Below are positions 23,841 through 35,884 of a DNA stretch of 64,000 nt, in pieces. The DNA lies in the NCBI GenBank assembly GCA_002104905.1, contig MCFE01000479.1, positions 4,396 to 68,395 of the forward strand, given 5' to 3'. Source of the DNA: Basidiobolus meristosporus CBS 931.73 (taxonomy: Eukaryota; Fungi; Basidiobolomycota). The stretch's first letter is position 1. Each line of letters begins with the position of its first letter. Under the pieces are notes generated by a model, which saw only the letters and a list, made by a program, of their open reading frames with translations, was not told the DNA's origin and did no database searches. Both the position numbers and the translations under genes were made by a program.

Positions 23841-25754
23841 TTCCCTGTGGCGCCCTGGCACCCTGCCCACGGCCATTCCAACTATCGCCACACCCATTAC
23901 TATTACTATCATGATATTAGACCCTAATAGAGATCAAGTACCGCATTTTTCCATGTACCATAACCTTTTCGAATCATTTGCACATGCATGTTCCACAGCA
24001 GCCAAGAAAGCCTTAATGGACTAATGATAAAAGCTCCGAAAGTGTGATACCCACCATTTACAACGTTTCCCAAACATATCTAGCTCTGCCCAAGAGAATG
24101 ATAATAAAGGTATTCAAGGATCCCACCACCCGCGTTTTCACATGCGTCACATGGAAGTAGTCCAACAACGGCATCCAGTTTCCATCGTGATCGATCATCA
24201 ACCGTTGTCGTGTGTGTAACAGTGGACTCCATGATGGTGCACCGATCGGCCATATGGCAGAGACTAGAGTAACGGTACTCATCGTTGGCCAACCCCAAGT
24301 TGGTAACGGATAGCCATTAGTGGCTCCTAGAGATCCTCCCTTACGTCATGATGGTGATTCAGAGAACTGGTTGGTCATTGGCGTTGATTTATCTTCCATC
24401 ATGGTAAGATATACACCGCTCTCCCACTCCGCGTCCAATGTTATCCAGCGGGTCGGCTGATAGAAGATCTGACCTGTGAAGATTGCAAGGTACGAGTCAT
24501 TCAGAGTCGAAGACAATCTCACAAGACGAGCCATGTGCCTTACCTTATTCAAGTAGGAGGTCGTATGATTCAACCAAAGGCATCTCGGCACACGTCAGGT
24601 ATCATACGAGAGTATGCAATGGTGATAAGGCATCTTGTGTTCAGGCTGGAATGGATATGGCAATCCCTTCTATTGGTTGCATTTCAGCATTATGTATTAC
24701 AACAGCTTTCACTGATCCGTCAGGACGGCGTGGCTTTATTCGTTTTGATGGACGTTGGGGACTTATCTCAAATGCGGGTTGGAGGGTGTTGATGTCTGGA
24801 AGTAGATGCAAGTTAGTAGCTGGGGTTGTGATGGTTAGTCATCGGAATTCGGTCAAGTCATGTTGGGAATGTTGAGATCTGCTGGGGTGTGAAGGGGGTA
24901 TCTACTATTATTAAAACGTGTATTCTGCTGCTCTTGCGATCTTCAACATCGAATTACTATATCGGACTGAGATGTCCAGAATCTCGGCCTTTCCATGTCG
25001 GAGCCAGCATTTAGATTTCATATCAATCAATCGGAGAGCAAGGCCCTCAAAGATCTATCATATTTCTATGCTCGTTTGACTGCGTCTTTCCGTATAAACC
25101 TCGTTGAAAACCCCATCCAAAAGACCCATACTTACATGCCAAGTCAAAAAAGATTTTATATGGTCTCTTCTATATATTTCAACCTCACAGCGTGGCTTGC
25201 TATACCTTTATCTCAGACGGAGCTGCTTCGACAGAGGTGTGTAGGAACAAGGGTGGAGTTGTCCAGTGAAAAGCTTAGCATGATTTTGAAGCATTGGCAC
25301 TAATGAGCATAGTTGGATTAATGGCTAGTGTTGTTGGGGATGCCATGGTGCATGGGTAATGAGACAAAACCCTGAGCCAGGGAGATTTGGGAAGATATCC
25401 ATTCCTAGGAGAGTATGCATCAGAGTCCATTTTACAGCCTTGATGCTCGGTCTGTTTTCGGTAAGATGCCACGGCGGTTGATTCAGGCCATGTGCCCATC
25501 CTACCATACTTGTACCAAATTCCCACTACCGAGCCAACAGACACGAAATCAATTCATTTATTGAGTAAAAGCCAGGGATTCTAGTATTAGCGCTCTAGTT
25601 TCGATTCGATCGCGCTATGGGTAATGAACACGTGCTGGGTAGGAATATGTTCCTGGATAAACCGGATTCTGGGATATACAGTTGGGCGTATTCGTCTGGA
25701 TGAATGGAATAAATAAAGAGTCGAACGACCGTTCGCAAGAGATACTACGAGTGT

Positions 25755-27437
25755 TCAAGAGATGGAACTCAGCTCTTCCACACCAACTTCGAAGAGCACC
25801 TGCATTCCTAGTATCATATGGGCAGTGATGTGGCAATGGAACACCCACACTCCGGGGTTATCTGCGATAAATCGGATTGCACGCCACCCACACGGGGTTC
25901 CCGGTGCATATTTCAGATCTGGCGAGTCGGTCTCTGGATACACAGAAACAACATCTCTTAGCAACGGGGCCGAGATGGCTTTGACTTGGTTGGATAGTTC
26001 TTGGGGTGAGTAGAGTCCGTTCCCGCCCCCCACATCAAAAAAGGAATGCCCGTGCAGGTGGAAGGGGTGCTGGTCGCAACGACCGGTCGTAGTTGCCGTA
26101 TTCTGGATAACAATTTGAATGACTTCGTTCAATTTGACGGGGATGGTTCTTCTGGCACTGTCATACCCATCGGTACGGTTTATCTTTTGATAATCTGGGT
26201 ATCGGGACCTTGTTCCATCATACAGGTCGAGTAGTACAGGTGACATGGGCTCCTCAAATGTCAGGTTGTTTAGATACATACGGATAGCCCCGTTGTCAAG
26301 CTTTCGTTGGCCCGTTGTCAATTGGATCTCTCGATCATATGCTTGGGGGAAATCGGGGTGGTTTAGCTGGCTGGGAAGCACATCACGCGGCAACATCTTG
26401 AATCTATTGAACTCCCACATTGGAGTGCCAAGTGGGACAGCAGGGATTCTTTCTGGGGCTGGCGGGGATCTGATGTTCGGGTCTGGTGAACCTTCGTAGT
26501 GGAGGATGGAAAGGCCGTTCTCCGGGGTGGATTTGCGGAATTTAGCATTGGCTTTCATGAAGTAGTTGTCGATCGGCTGATTCGCCTCCACCAGTACGGA
26601 GTATCGTTGGCCTGCGTTTATTTCCAGATGCTCCACGCGAACTGGCTTGACGTAAAACCCGTCCACCTCAATCACAGTCATGGTGTGATGTGGTATGACG
26701 AAAGACAGGTAAGTGGACAGCATGGCGCCAATGATTCGGAATCGGTAAGTAAGCCCGGACTTCACACTGATCACGTCGTATCCACAGCTAGGAGCTTTCG
26801 AGGAATGCTCTAATTGGGTGCAGTTCCAGTTGTCGTAGGTGTTTCCGTTTGTAAGAATAGAGTGAGGATCACCGATCCAACGGAACGAAGGGGAGAGTAG
26901 GCCGTCTACTATATCGTTGTCCTCTTGATGGTAGAAATCACTCAGCAGAACGATCCTCTCATGGTCGTAATGATACGGTGGCCTGTCGTCCTTATCCTCG
27001 ATAATCAACGCCCCATACGCTGTCATCCCATGGACTGAGGTGTGAGCGTGATAGTAGAAGGTTCCCACTTGGTTGCTTAGATGCATTTCCTGTCGAAACG
27101 TGCTTCCTGGATCAACTGGCCACTGTGTGATAAAGGGAACCCCGTCAGATTGGGGAGTTCCGGTCTGGAGAATCCCATGGAAATGAAGTGTGACCACCTC
27201 CGCGGCCATGCCGTTGTAAACGTTGATCACAAGCGTGTCGCCGGTATGCGCACGCAAGGCAGGGCCTGGAGAGTCGCCGTTAATGAGAACCATGAAGCGC
27301 TCGAAGCAATCCGGCGTTCGATAACCTTCACTGATTGTGAGGTTGTACTCTACTATTCCAGCATGACAAGAAAATAGGCTGGAGATTACAATAACTGTGA
27401 GAAGTAACAGGTTTGTACAATTTAGGCTGGATCTCAT
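25755..27437 (-). CDS. Secreted multicopper oxidase (laccase/ascorbate-oxidase-like, 560 aa, intronless)
   Basis: Signal peptide; all four Cu signatures present: HFHG, FYYHAH, HPFHLHGH, HCHITAHMILGM. Confidence 0.95.
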   Translation of the reverse strand: MRSSLNCTNLLLLTVIVISSLFSCHAGIVEYNLTISEGYRTPDCFERFMVLINGDSPGPALRAHTGDTLVINVYNGMAAEVVTLHFHGILQTGTPQSDGVPFITQWPVDPGSTFRQEMHLSNQVGTFYYHAHTSVHGMTAYGALIIEDKDDRPPYHYDHERIVLLSDFYHQEDNDIVDGLLSPSFRWIGDPHSILTNGNTYDNWNCTQLEHSSKAPSCGYDVISVKSGLTYRFRIIGAMLSTYLSFVIPHHTMTVIEVDGFYVKPVRVEHLEINAGQRYSVLVEANQPIDNYFMKANAKFRKSTPENGLSILHYEGSPDPNIRSPPAPERIPAVPLGTPMWEFNRFKMLPRDVLPSQLNHPDFPQAYDREIQLTTGQRKLDNGAIRMYLNNLTFEEPMSPVLLDLYDGTRSRYPDYQKINRTDGYDSARRTIPVKLNEVIQIVIQNTATTTGRCDQHPFHLHGHSFFDVGGGNGLYSPQELSNQVKAISAPLLRDVVSVYPETDSPDLKYAPGTPCGWRAIRFIADNPGVWVFHCHITAHMILGMQVLFEVGVEELSSIS

Positions 27438-28391
27438 TATTTCTAATCCAGAGTGTGCATCAAGCTATCTTGTATGTTGCTGGTGATATTGATGTCAAGG
27501 ATGGGTATTTTCAACGGTTCTAGTTCCTACCTTCTCCGAGATTGATATGTCTTCAAATTAAGAAGAGATACGTAACTACACGAAGAGAATAAATATTTGA
27601 TGAAAGGAAGCTGGCGAACTGTCGGTGGGGAGCTAGGTCTATATAGGCAGACAAGGAAGATTCTGGGCATTATTATTTCCTTGACCATCGCAAACATTGT
27701 AAACATTCAACTGAACTACCCGAGATCGGTAACTATATATTCTTCGCTACTTGTTTGATTTCTGCTAGTAGCGCTTCATTGTACATATTTCATTCGAACA
27801 CCCATTTCCAATAACAAATTGAAGGGTTGTCTCTGTATTTACCGTTGTAACTGGCTGGGGTCGAACATGTGCAGAGCCCCAAGGGAGCGCTTGGGAAAGA
27901 ATGGAACGCACACCACCAAAACACTTGGAATAAATCGTTGCATGCCGTCACAATTGATGGATCAGTGTTCAGTCAGAATAACAGCCCACGAGAAGAGATG
28001 ATCTTTAGAGATTTTATATTACAATGAGTAATTACAAAACGCAATGAGAGCAAGGACAACAAAACTATCAACTCGGAAGAGGTACATCTTCATCCTGCTG
28101 TCTTCTGAGAAAGCTCGAAAGGGTTATCACATGAATGAGGGTACGCTGGTGCTTGCTTTTGGCTATAAAATACGATAATGAAAGCAAGAGCAATCCATGC
28201 AAAATCGGTTAGGGACTAGAAGTAGATGGGCGAAATTGGCTGGCCAGAGGGTTGGATACGTTTCATAAGCACACTGGGCCACATTGAAACTTACGCAACC
28301 AACACTTTCTTCTTGCGTGCATGCGTAGCGAGATCGCTATACAAATGGGTACCGTTTAGCAGAGAGTATTTGCAACTAACAACAGACCCGA

Positions 28392-29774
28392 TTACCTGAC
28401 TATACTCTTCCAAGGAACGTTAACAAACGTCATGCAGCATTTCAGATTAACTGGCTCTTGGAGTTGTTTTTCTAATGTTGAAGGAGAGGAGAGGCGCTTT
28501 ATAGATTGGATTACATTGGCCGGGGAGAACGGGCTTGTGTTTTTGCGACTGTTGGACGAAACGGGACTTGGTGGATAGCTCTTGGTTGCGTTTGGTTGCT
28601 CGGGTTCTTTGTCATCGTGAACTGAGGCAGTGATTGCCACCTGAACGTTGGTTAAGCCCATTGCTTGGCCCCTCTGATCAAGTATGTTATGGATAAGTTA
28701 CCTGAGCATGCCCTTTAGCACCTGGACCTCTCATCATCACATACTCGGTGGGCGGTACCGAAGGTCCTAGTGCAAACCTACTCTTTATCTTGTTTGAAGC
28801 CTTTTGACGGTACAGATCTAGGAGGGCTGAATAAGAGGCAGCGCCTTGGAAGAGCGTGATCTTGCCGTCCGAAGTGGTCTTTTTCCCTGAATGATTTCCA
28901 TTCTCTGCAACTTCTCCAAAACCTTCATTGTCTCCGTCTGCAACACCAACTGCTAACTCTACGCAAAGATATTCGCCTTCCTTGATAATCAATTGTTCAA
29001 ACGCATCCTCATAGTCCTCGATCACATAATATATCAATGGATAAGAACATTCCCAGTTGGAATCCTTCGTGTTCATACGAGATTTCGATGGCAATGCGTA
29101 CACACGTTTACTGACATGCTTCCACGTGCATGTCATACTGGTCTTGAGGCCTGGGGTGGTGGAATTATCTGTATTGCGTTTGCAAACAGCAACGGTCAAG
29201 CTACACGGTAACTAAGGTTCAGGTGAATTTGAATTCCACTGGTAGCTAGCTTTCAGGGTGTTATCAAAGAAATACCTGCACAATCAAGTTTAAAAAGAAC
29301 GTTTCCCTCCATAAGACTGGATCTTCCAGCGGAGGCATAGGGTTGGGCTGGGCCAACTTTCGTTTGACGAACACAGGGTCCAAGCCTCGGTTATTCGTCT
29401 GTCGTTGCCGGACAAAAAAAAGTAGATCGTCGTTGCGAGAATCGGATTTCTCCAGGAAAAATTCGATGAAATATTCTTCCCATCTGTTCAATAGAAAATC
29501 TCTTTAGAAGGTAGAATGGTTTAAACTAGTGGAACCCAAAGTCTATAAACCAAGCTTGTAATAAAGACATTCCTACTCCGTCGGGTGTGAAAAGAAAGGC
29601 TATGTGATGGATGTTGTACCTTGAGTCTCTGGCATCCTGTTCAGATTCATCTATCTCGGAGGATAACAAGGAACTATAGGAAGCATGGCGCCGAAGTGCA
29701 TTTGGAGAATGGCTTGGGACGTCTAATTTCTCCTCGATGAGTCGATTCAGTATCTGAAGAAGGTTAGCTGTCAT
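28392..29774 (-). CDS. DUF2045 / KIAA0930-like conserved protein (multi-exon)
   Basis: Exons carry WEEYF..DDLLFFVR, WRETFFLNLIVQ, VYALPSK, YPLIYYVIEDYEDAF...EGEYLCVEL, LFQGAASY, EYVMMRGPGAKGHAQVA, CCMTFVNVPW; intron edges approximate. Confidence 0.85.
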
Positions 29775-31525
29775 TCGGCTGCAAATGGATTCCCAAGATT
29801 ATAAAATTTCCTATGAAACTTCTCAATTGGTAGACCTCTTCCCACTCGCAAGTACTGTTTTTCGCAAGGAACGAAACAACTTATGTTTAGCTGTTGGGGA
29901 GCACTTTAATGAAAGTGAATGAGTGACAGGGGGTTTCAACGAAGCTTCAAAGTCAAGAGAGAGAGCTATATTGCCTGGTGGAACTAGTTGAAAAATGGTG
30001 CACTGCACGATGAATCTATATTCTCAAGTAATTTAGATGGGTGCTAAATTATAATATACACTAATTTAATGTTGACTGTAGCAGGGAGGGTAAGTAATAA
30101 ACTAACTTATTGAGTTGCCATATATGGATGTGTTCTTTGTTTACCGATGTTCCTCTGTGATACGGACATGGATTGTTATTAAACAAGAGCGTAACACTCT
30201 CGAGAGTGATTCAGTAGAATGTTACTAGCCAATAGCTTCCGTCGGTAAAAAATACTTGTTCCCAACAACATACATATTAGAAGCACAGCATTGTGCACAC
30301 GATTGACAATGATCGTGTGCTAGAGTCGTGATGAATCACTGTTGAGAGATCTAACTGAATTAATGGTTGAAACAAGAATCACGCTATTCTAGTAACTAGG
30401 ATGTTACATTAAGGGCTGGTGATGAATGGCACACATTTTGCACTTGCAGGACGAGATTGGCCTGATCAGCGAAGCTCAACTGCTGCTCAAAACCAATCCT
30501 TTCCAGCGTGCACCAAAATGGCGCTGTTTAACAGAGTGGATCCCATTTACAAGCAGTTGGCCATGTTCATGGTGAGTGTGGGCTGTGTCTGCATTCAGGT
30601 GCATAACCATATCAGTTGGTTTCATACACCAAGCCGCATTCCTTACTAGTTCGCACTGAGCTGGTGTAGTAGGAAGATGGAAATATGATCAGTATATCAT
30701 CATTCAACTCGTTTGAGGTACGCAAACAGGTTCTCTACAAACTTTGCTCAATCTCATGGTTGTGCTTCGCCTCGCCTCATGAAAACGTACTGGTAACTCA
30801 ATCAAGCCTCTGCCTTCTGATCTTTGTGGAACTCTGGCGTGCTAATTCCCCAACTATTGTAAATCCACTATATTGATCCCGTTGTAGGAGGTTTTCCCAC
30901 TAATCATTGCTTGTTGATTTGGTGGGTTTTGCTGTCTCAAGCACATCGTTAGGGGCTCCACTGCCGATGCCAGCTCATCCAGATATTGTTGCACCAAGTC
31001 CCAAGTGGACATCCTACATGAGGTGAGCTCGCAAGTTGCGTTCATTGCATTGTTCACAGCCTTAACTGGGTTTCACGGCGTGTTTCTTGCCCCGCATTGA
31101 AGCAGGAGATACTTTCACTGAGCAGTCCTACACTTACTGCTGCTATTCAACATTCACCCAGATGTTCTGGAAAGCATATGAAACTGGTCTATATGTGGAG
31201 CGAGTTTCTTGTTACCGCATACATTGTCCTTGTTGGGCGATGAACGAATCATTCCACTGAATCAACCAATAAATTGATTTACTTGATAACTGGTAAGTGC
31301 AGAAACCCTTGTACACAATCTAGAGACGTTGTAAGACAATGACAGATCTAGGAGCAACTCTTCAAATTCCAAGAAACGAACGATTAGTACTATAACGACT
31401 CACACACACATTCCTTGTTTCCCACTACTCCACAACCCAAGACTGGGAGTGCAGAGCTAGGGAAACACATGGCCAGGAAAATATAGATTTAACTTTGGCT
31501 TAATGGTGGCCCCTAACATACAGAA

Positions 31526-32086
31526 CTATGCTATTTTCTCGGCAGCTGTATAAACGGCTGAAGAGCTCAAAGAATTGACAGTGTCCGACTTGAAAGCGCG
31601 GATGGCCTCCTTGGTTGATTGAAAATCCTCAGCATCCAACCAGTCCGCCTTTGTAGGCTGCGTGTTCCTTGTTGGGCCTTCTGATGGCACTTCCAGGCAA
31701 CTTGATCGAACGCTGTGGATTTTCAAGCCAACTGGATTGTGAATGGTGTCCTGCAGAACAGAGCGAATGGCTTCCTGCGTGTAGACCGAATCCTCCGAAA
31801 CGCTCATCCAATCCTTCTGAACGATGGTTGGGGTGATAGGTTCACATCCTTGGTGCATGTTTCTAGTTAAAGTAGTATTCCGCTGCCCAAAAGTATTGAC
31901 GGTATCCTCATTAATGGAGCGTATGGCTTCCTGCACGTAGTCATGACTTTCATCAGCATCCATCCAATCCTTTTGATTCGCCTGGCTAGCCCGCCTCGTG
32001 ACGGAGTACGCCTTGACGCTGCTGATCATGGCGACCGGAGCAGGCCGAGCTAGTCGAGAAGCGATGACTTTGAGCATATGAGACAT
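31526..32086 (-). CDS. Small protein (186 aa) with mitochondrial-type presequence and three ~27-aa repeats
   Basis: N-terminus rich in R/K/S/A with no acidic residues; repeats QKDWMD..QEAIRS..EDTV, QKDWMS..QEAIRS..QDTI, KADWLD..KEAIRA..SDTV. Confidence 0.7.
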   Translation of the reverse strand: MSHMLKVIASRLARPAPVAMISSVKAYSVTRRASQANQKDWMDADESHDYVQEAIRSINEDTVNTFGQRNTTLTRNMHQGCEPITPTIVQKDWMSVSEDSVYTQEAIRSVLQDTIHNPVGLKIHSVRSSCLEVPSEGPTRNTQPTKADWLDAEDFQSTKEAIRAFKSDTVNSLSSSAVYTAAEKIA

Positions 32087-32934
32087 TAACGATTGGGTTC
32101 AACCTGAGAACAAGGGAGGTTGTCGCAAGGCAGCTAGAACCTGGTTTGGAGGTTGGTTATTTATATCCGGCAGCTGAAAGAACGGGGTACGATCTAGCCA
32201 ATGGAACGGTAAATTTGGTACATGTCGTGCTGGAAATGGGATGATACCGGAAGGTAGGCAAATAGATGGGCTTCCTAATCTCTCCTTGAAGATGCATAAA
32301 TGGGTTCGAGATTGCTCCCCTCCCCTCACATAGGGCTTAGGGATTTTCAAGTAAACTTGAATTGAGAAGTTTAGAAACTTCAGAGATTAGATAGCAGCGC
32401 CACATTCCTTTGTGCTTAAATTGGACATTAGTCAACATTGGTATCTGTTTGATGCTGGTGCTTGGTTGAATTGAGTCACTACCAGAGCAGGGACAAACCT
32501 ACGCAATATCATGTCCAACACATCGCTACTAATTTTAGCTTGACCCACAGCGAGTCTGGTATGGTCCATCGTAGGTGTTCGGAAGATTATACAATTATAG
32601 ATCGCCTGGCTTGTGGCTTACATCAAGGCCAGTCCGGCACCCAACCGTTTGCTCTATAGGACGGTTCGACTGTGGTTTGGGGCAGCATATAAAAAACCTG
32701 TTCGGTGGATATCTATCAGTGCGGTATGGCGTGGTTTGAGATTCGTATCACGAATTGACCAAGCATTTTTCACACCCGAAATGTTCGCTCCAGTCAAGTC
32801 TACACAAATCTTTCGGCACGAGATGATGCTCAAATGATGGCCATGCCTGTTTCATATGTTCCTACTTTATTGCTCCAACATCCTGCCTTGGTACTCGGGC
32901 CATATTGATCCTCATCTGTTCAGTCGAAGCAGGC

Positions 32935-34153
32935 CTAAGGCTTGATTAGCTTTGTCATAATAAGCTCCTGAGGATTTCCTTTTCTAAGATGTTGAAGGCC
33001 AATATCAAGAATAGCTCGTGCTTCTGCAGAAAGCTTTTTGCCCTCCCCCGCATCACACCAATTCCCTGACGCTCCTTCAATGATCAACTCAAGCCCGAAA
33101 TGAGTACAGCAGGACTCGTACAGCTCCTCCATATCCAAGGTATCTTTGGTCGAGGCGACGTAAGCCATAAAGAACTCTTGAAGGAGCGCCCGGACAGCAT
33201 CCTTTACAAGCTGATCTTTGGAGGTATGTCCTATTAGGAAGATATGAACTGCGAAATGAGATATCTCGATTCCAGGGGAGCTATATCCGAAAAACTCCCA
33301 ATCTATTAAAGAAAGATAAGGATTTGATTTAGTCCCGGAAATACATTCATCAATATACACCGATCCACTCCAGAAATCACCAAATGTCAATGCCTTCGCA
33401 TTTGGCGTGTTTCTATCGATTACTGATTGCCCAAACTCTCTGGCCAGTTGACCAATGGCAGCAGAATCGGGGATTTCAGCATTTTCTAATATCCCTTCAA
33501 CGCCCCCATAGACTACATCGGCAAGGACCTCACGAGAAGGTAGATTATCAAATGTCGGGCTAAGTTGTTCCCAATGCCTGTAACCAAATAAATGGATCTG
33601 TGCCATGTAGAGACCAAGCAGTTTTCCGATATGGCCAGCACGTGAGGGGTCATCAGAAAGGCCGTTGAGCCATTTCTGAATATTGGGATGGTCGCCCATA
33701 TCTTGCATGACAATCACATACTTTTCCTGGTCATAATGGAGAATTTCTGGAACACAGATAGTGCTAAACTGTTGCCTCACCGAATCATCAAGATAAACAG
33801 GAAGGGACAAGGCGGCAGGCACATCACGACCAGAAAAAAACGACAAAGCACGTGCCTCGAATTCCTAACCAAACAGAATTTAGAGTCATGTTCGGAGAGA
33901 AGAGCGAAAGGGGGGGGGGGGTTACCGTTCTTTCTTGCGAGAACTTGATCTCCGGATTGGACGAAAGATAAGGTAGGGACTGTTTTATAATCACTGACTT
34001 GGAAGCACCAGATTCCGCCATGGTCAACTGGACTCTCCACACGTAATTAATTAGGCCACCAGTAAGCTTTTGCGCATGGCTGAATGATCCTAGGCTAGCG
34101 AGGGTCGAATTAAGGTAAGAGACGGGATCAATAAGGTCGTTGGCGTGGGACAT
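32935..34153 (-). CDS. APH/5-methylthioribose-kinase-family small-molecule phosphotransferase (PsiK-like, 385 aa)
   Basis: Exons 34153-33926 and 33864-32935 (61-bp intron); LTGGLINYVWRV, VIIKQ, FEARAL, VPEILHYD..MQDMG, GDFWSGS, LIDWE. Confidence 0.88.
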
Positions 34154-34565
34154 TTACAGATTGTTTACAAATATTTCGAGTTGTTCGTCCAACAAAACCA
34201 AGAGCATTTATACCTCGAAATACCCCCGCCCCAGAAACCACTTTTCCGCAATCAGCCGTAGTGACGCAAACGCCCATTGATGAATTAAGGTTACGGAAGT
34301 GTAAAATATTCCCAGACAATTAACCCACATTTATTAATACAGGCTTTTATTGATTATTCTGCTGGATTAGTTGTGAATTTTGATTAAACTTCAATGTGTG
34401 AATCAAACGTGGTTTCCACAGTAGAGCCGGATATGGTGAAAATCCAAAGCTAGACTTCCGTGCCGTACTAATCAAGTCCAGTTGTCATATATCAACATAT
34501 TTTAATCATCTTCCAAAAGACTGCTCATCTACGAGCTTGGCTTATCCTCTACAACTTCACGCTTC

Positions 34566-35254
34566 TTGAGGGCCTGTGCATATTCTTTTGCGCTATTCAA
34601 GGGGTTCATATCCCCTGATCCATTACAACAACAACCAATCCGCCAACCTTCAAGAGTCACTTTAACCTGGCAGATATTGGATATGAAATACTGCTTTATT
34701 CAGATGAGCTGTTCGATACGTGTGGTGAATTCTGGAATGCAATTTAGGAGCACTGAGAGACCAAATGGGACTAATTCTACTCCCTAGGTCATGTGTGGCG
34801 AGAGGGTATGGCCAATGTTGTTCATATGCACATTTATTATTTGTTTACTCAATATTGACTCCAAGATTAATCTTCATTGGCAACAATGGTGGCCTGCACA
34901 ATTTACCCGACGGTGCACTTACCACACTCTTGCCCAAGAGGCCAACTAATACCTTGTTATCTCGCACATTTCAATCATATCATATTCTTGGGCAGGATCT
35001 CAATACTTTTTCCACCATGCCACACGCCATACATCTCTGGTATAATTCGAGATCACACCCAGGCTCTTCAATTAATTCCCTGCGCATGCAAGGTTTATAT
35101 TGTTCGTATACCGGAGCCAACATTGGTCAATACACCCTGCTGGTGTGTTGAGAATGCCTCTACTCTAACCGGATATCGCCAATTCCTCGGGGTGCACAAC
35201 ATCGAGCACTACCTGGGCAGGGCAAGAAAGACGACATTCATGCCTGGAGTCTGA
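34566..35254 (+). mobile_element. Possible fossil DIRS-type RNase H/methyltransferase fragment
   Basis: Broken frames give GFISP..QQQPI, NGTNS, QQWW and LFPP...PYISGIIRD...LIP, resembling DIRS RH and MT motifs; by eye only. Confidence 0.3.
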
Positions 35255-35884
35255 ACAATGTGTATGGTGATTTTGGGGTTGCGTGGTATTGCTAGATCGT
35301 TGACGACTCCCTACTGCGAATTCTTGAGCATTTCTGAAAGTAGCACGAGGAGGTGCTTAGCTAAATGTTTCACCATTCTATTTTTACACCGGGTGATGGA
35401 TGCAAATCACCCATTACCCGACACGTAGAGTACCATGCTTTTCAATGTGCTAAATATAAATTGGTGTAAGGCAGATCTATTCAGGGCTAGTTACTCGAAA
35501 ACACCGTTGCGTAGTGTGGGATAATTGTATGATTCTGTTCATCCTGCCCTTCCATTGCCTGGAATATTCAGCGAGGTACCAGCTCAGTCCAATGGATGCC
35601 CATCACCCATCGGGATGATGGCCACTCCCCCATTCTTAAGGAACTTGAATTTCGATCCCTTTTTAGCCAGGTCACTGAATCCTGCTCCTCCGGGAGTTCA
35701 CCTAATTGGATACACTTTTATTCGGAATGGGTGGGGATTTCTCTCACCAGTCTCGAATATTTTGATTCATGGGTGATTTAGTAGAAATTTGATGTTTATC
35801 ACGCGTACGATCAATATCGTAAATTCCATATATCATTGGCATCGGAAGCACTTCGCAACTCTAGTTGCCCACAAGAAACTCACT

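Noticed and set aside
24058-25544. Cluster of 60-130-aa ORFs between GPCR2 and the oxidase
   Set aside because: No motif, no consistent strand and no splice support.
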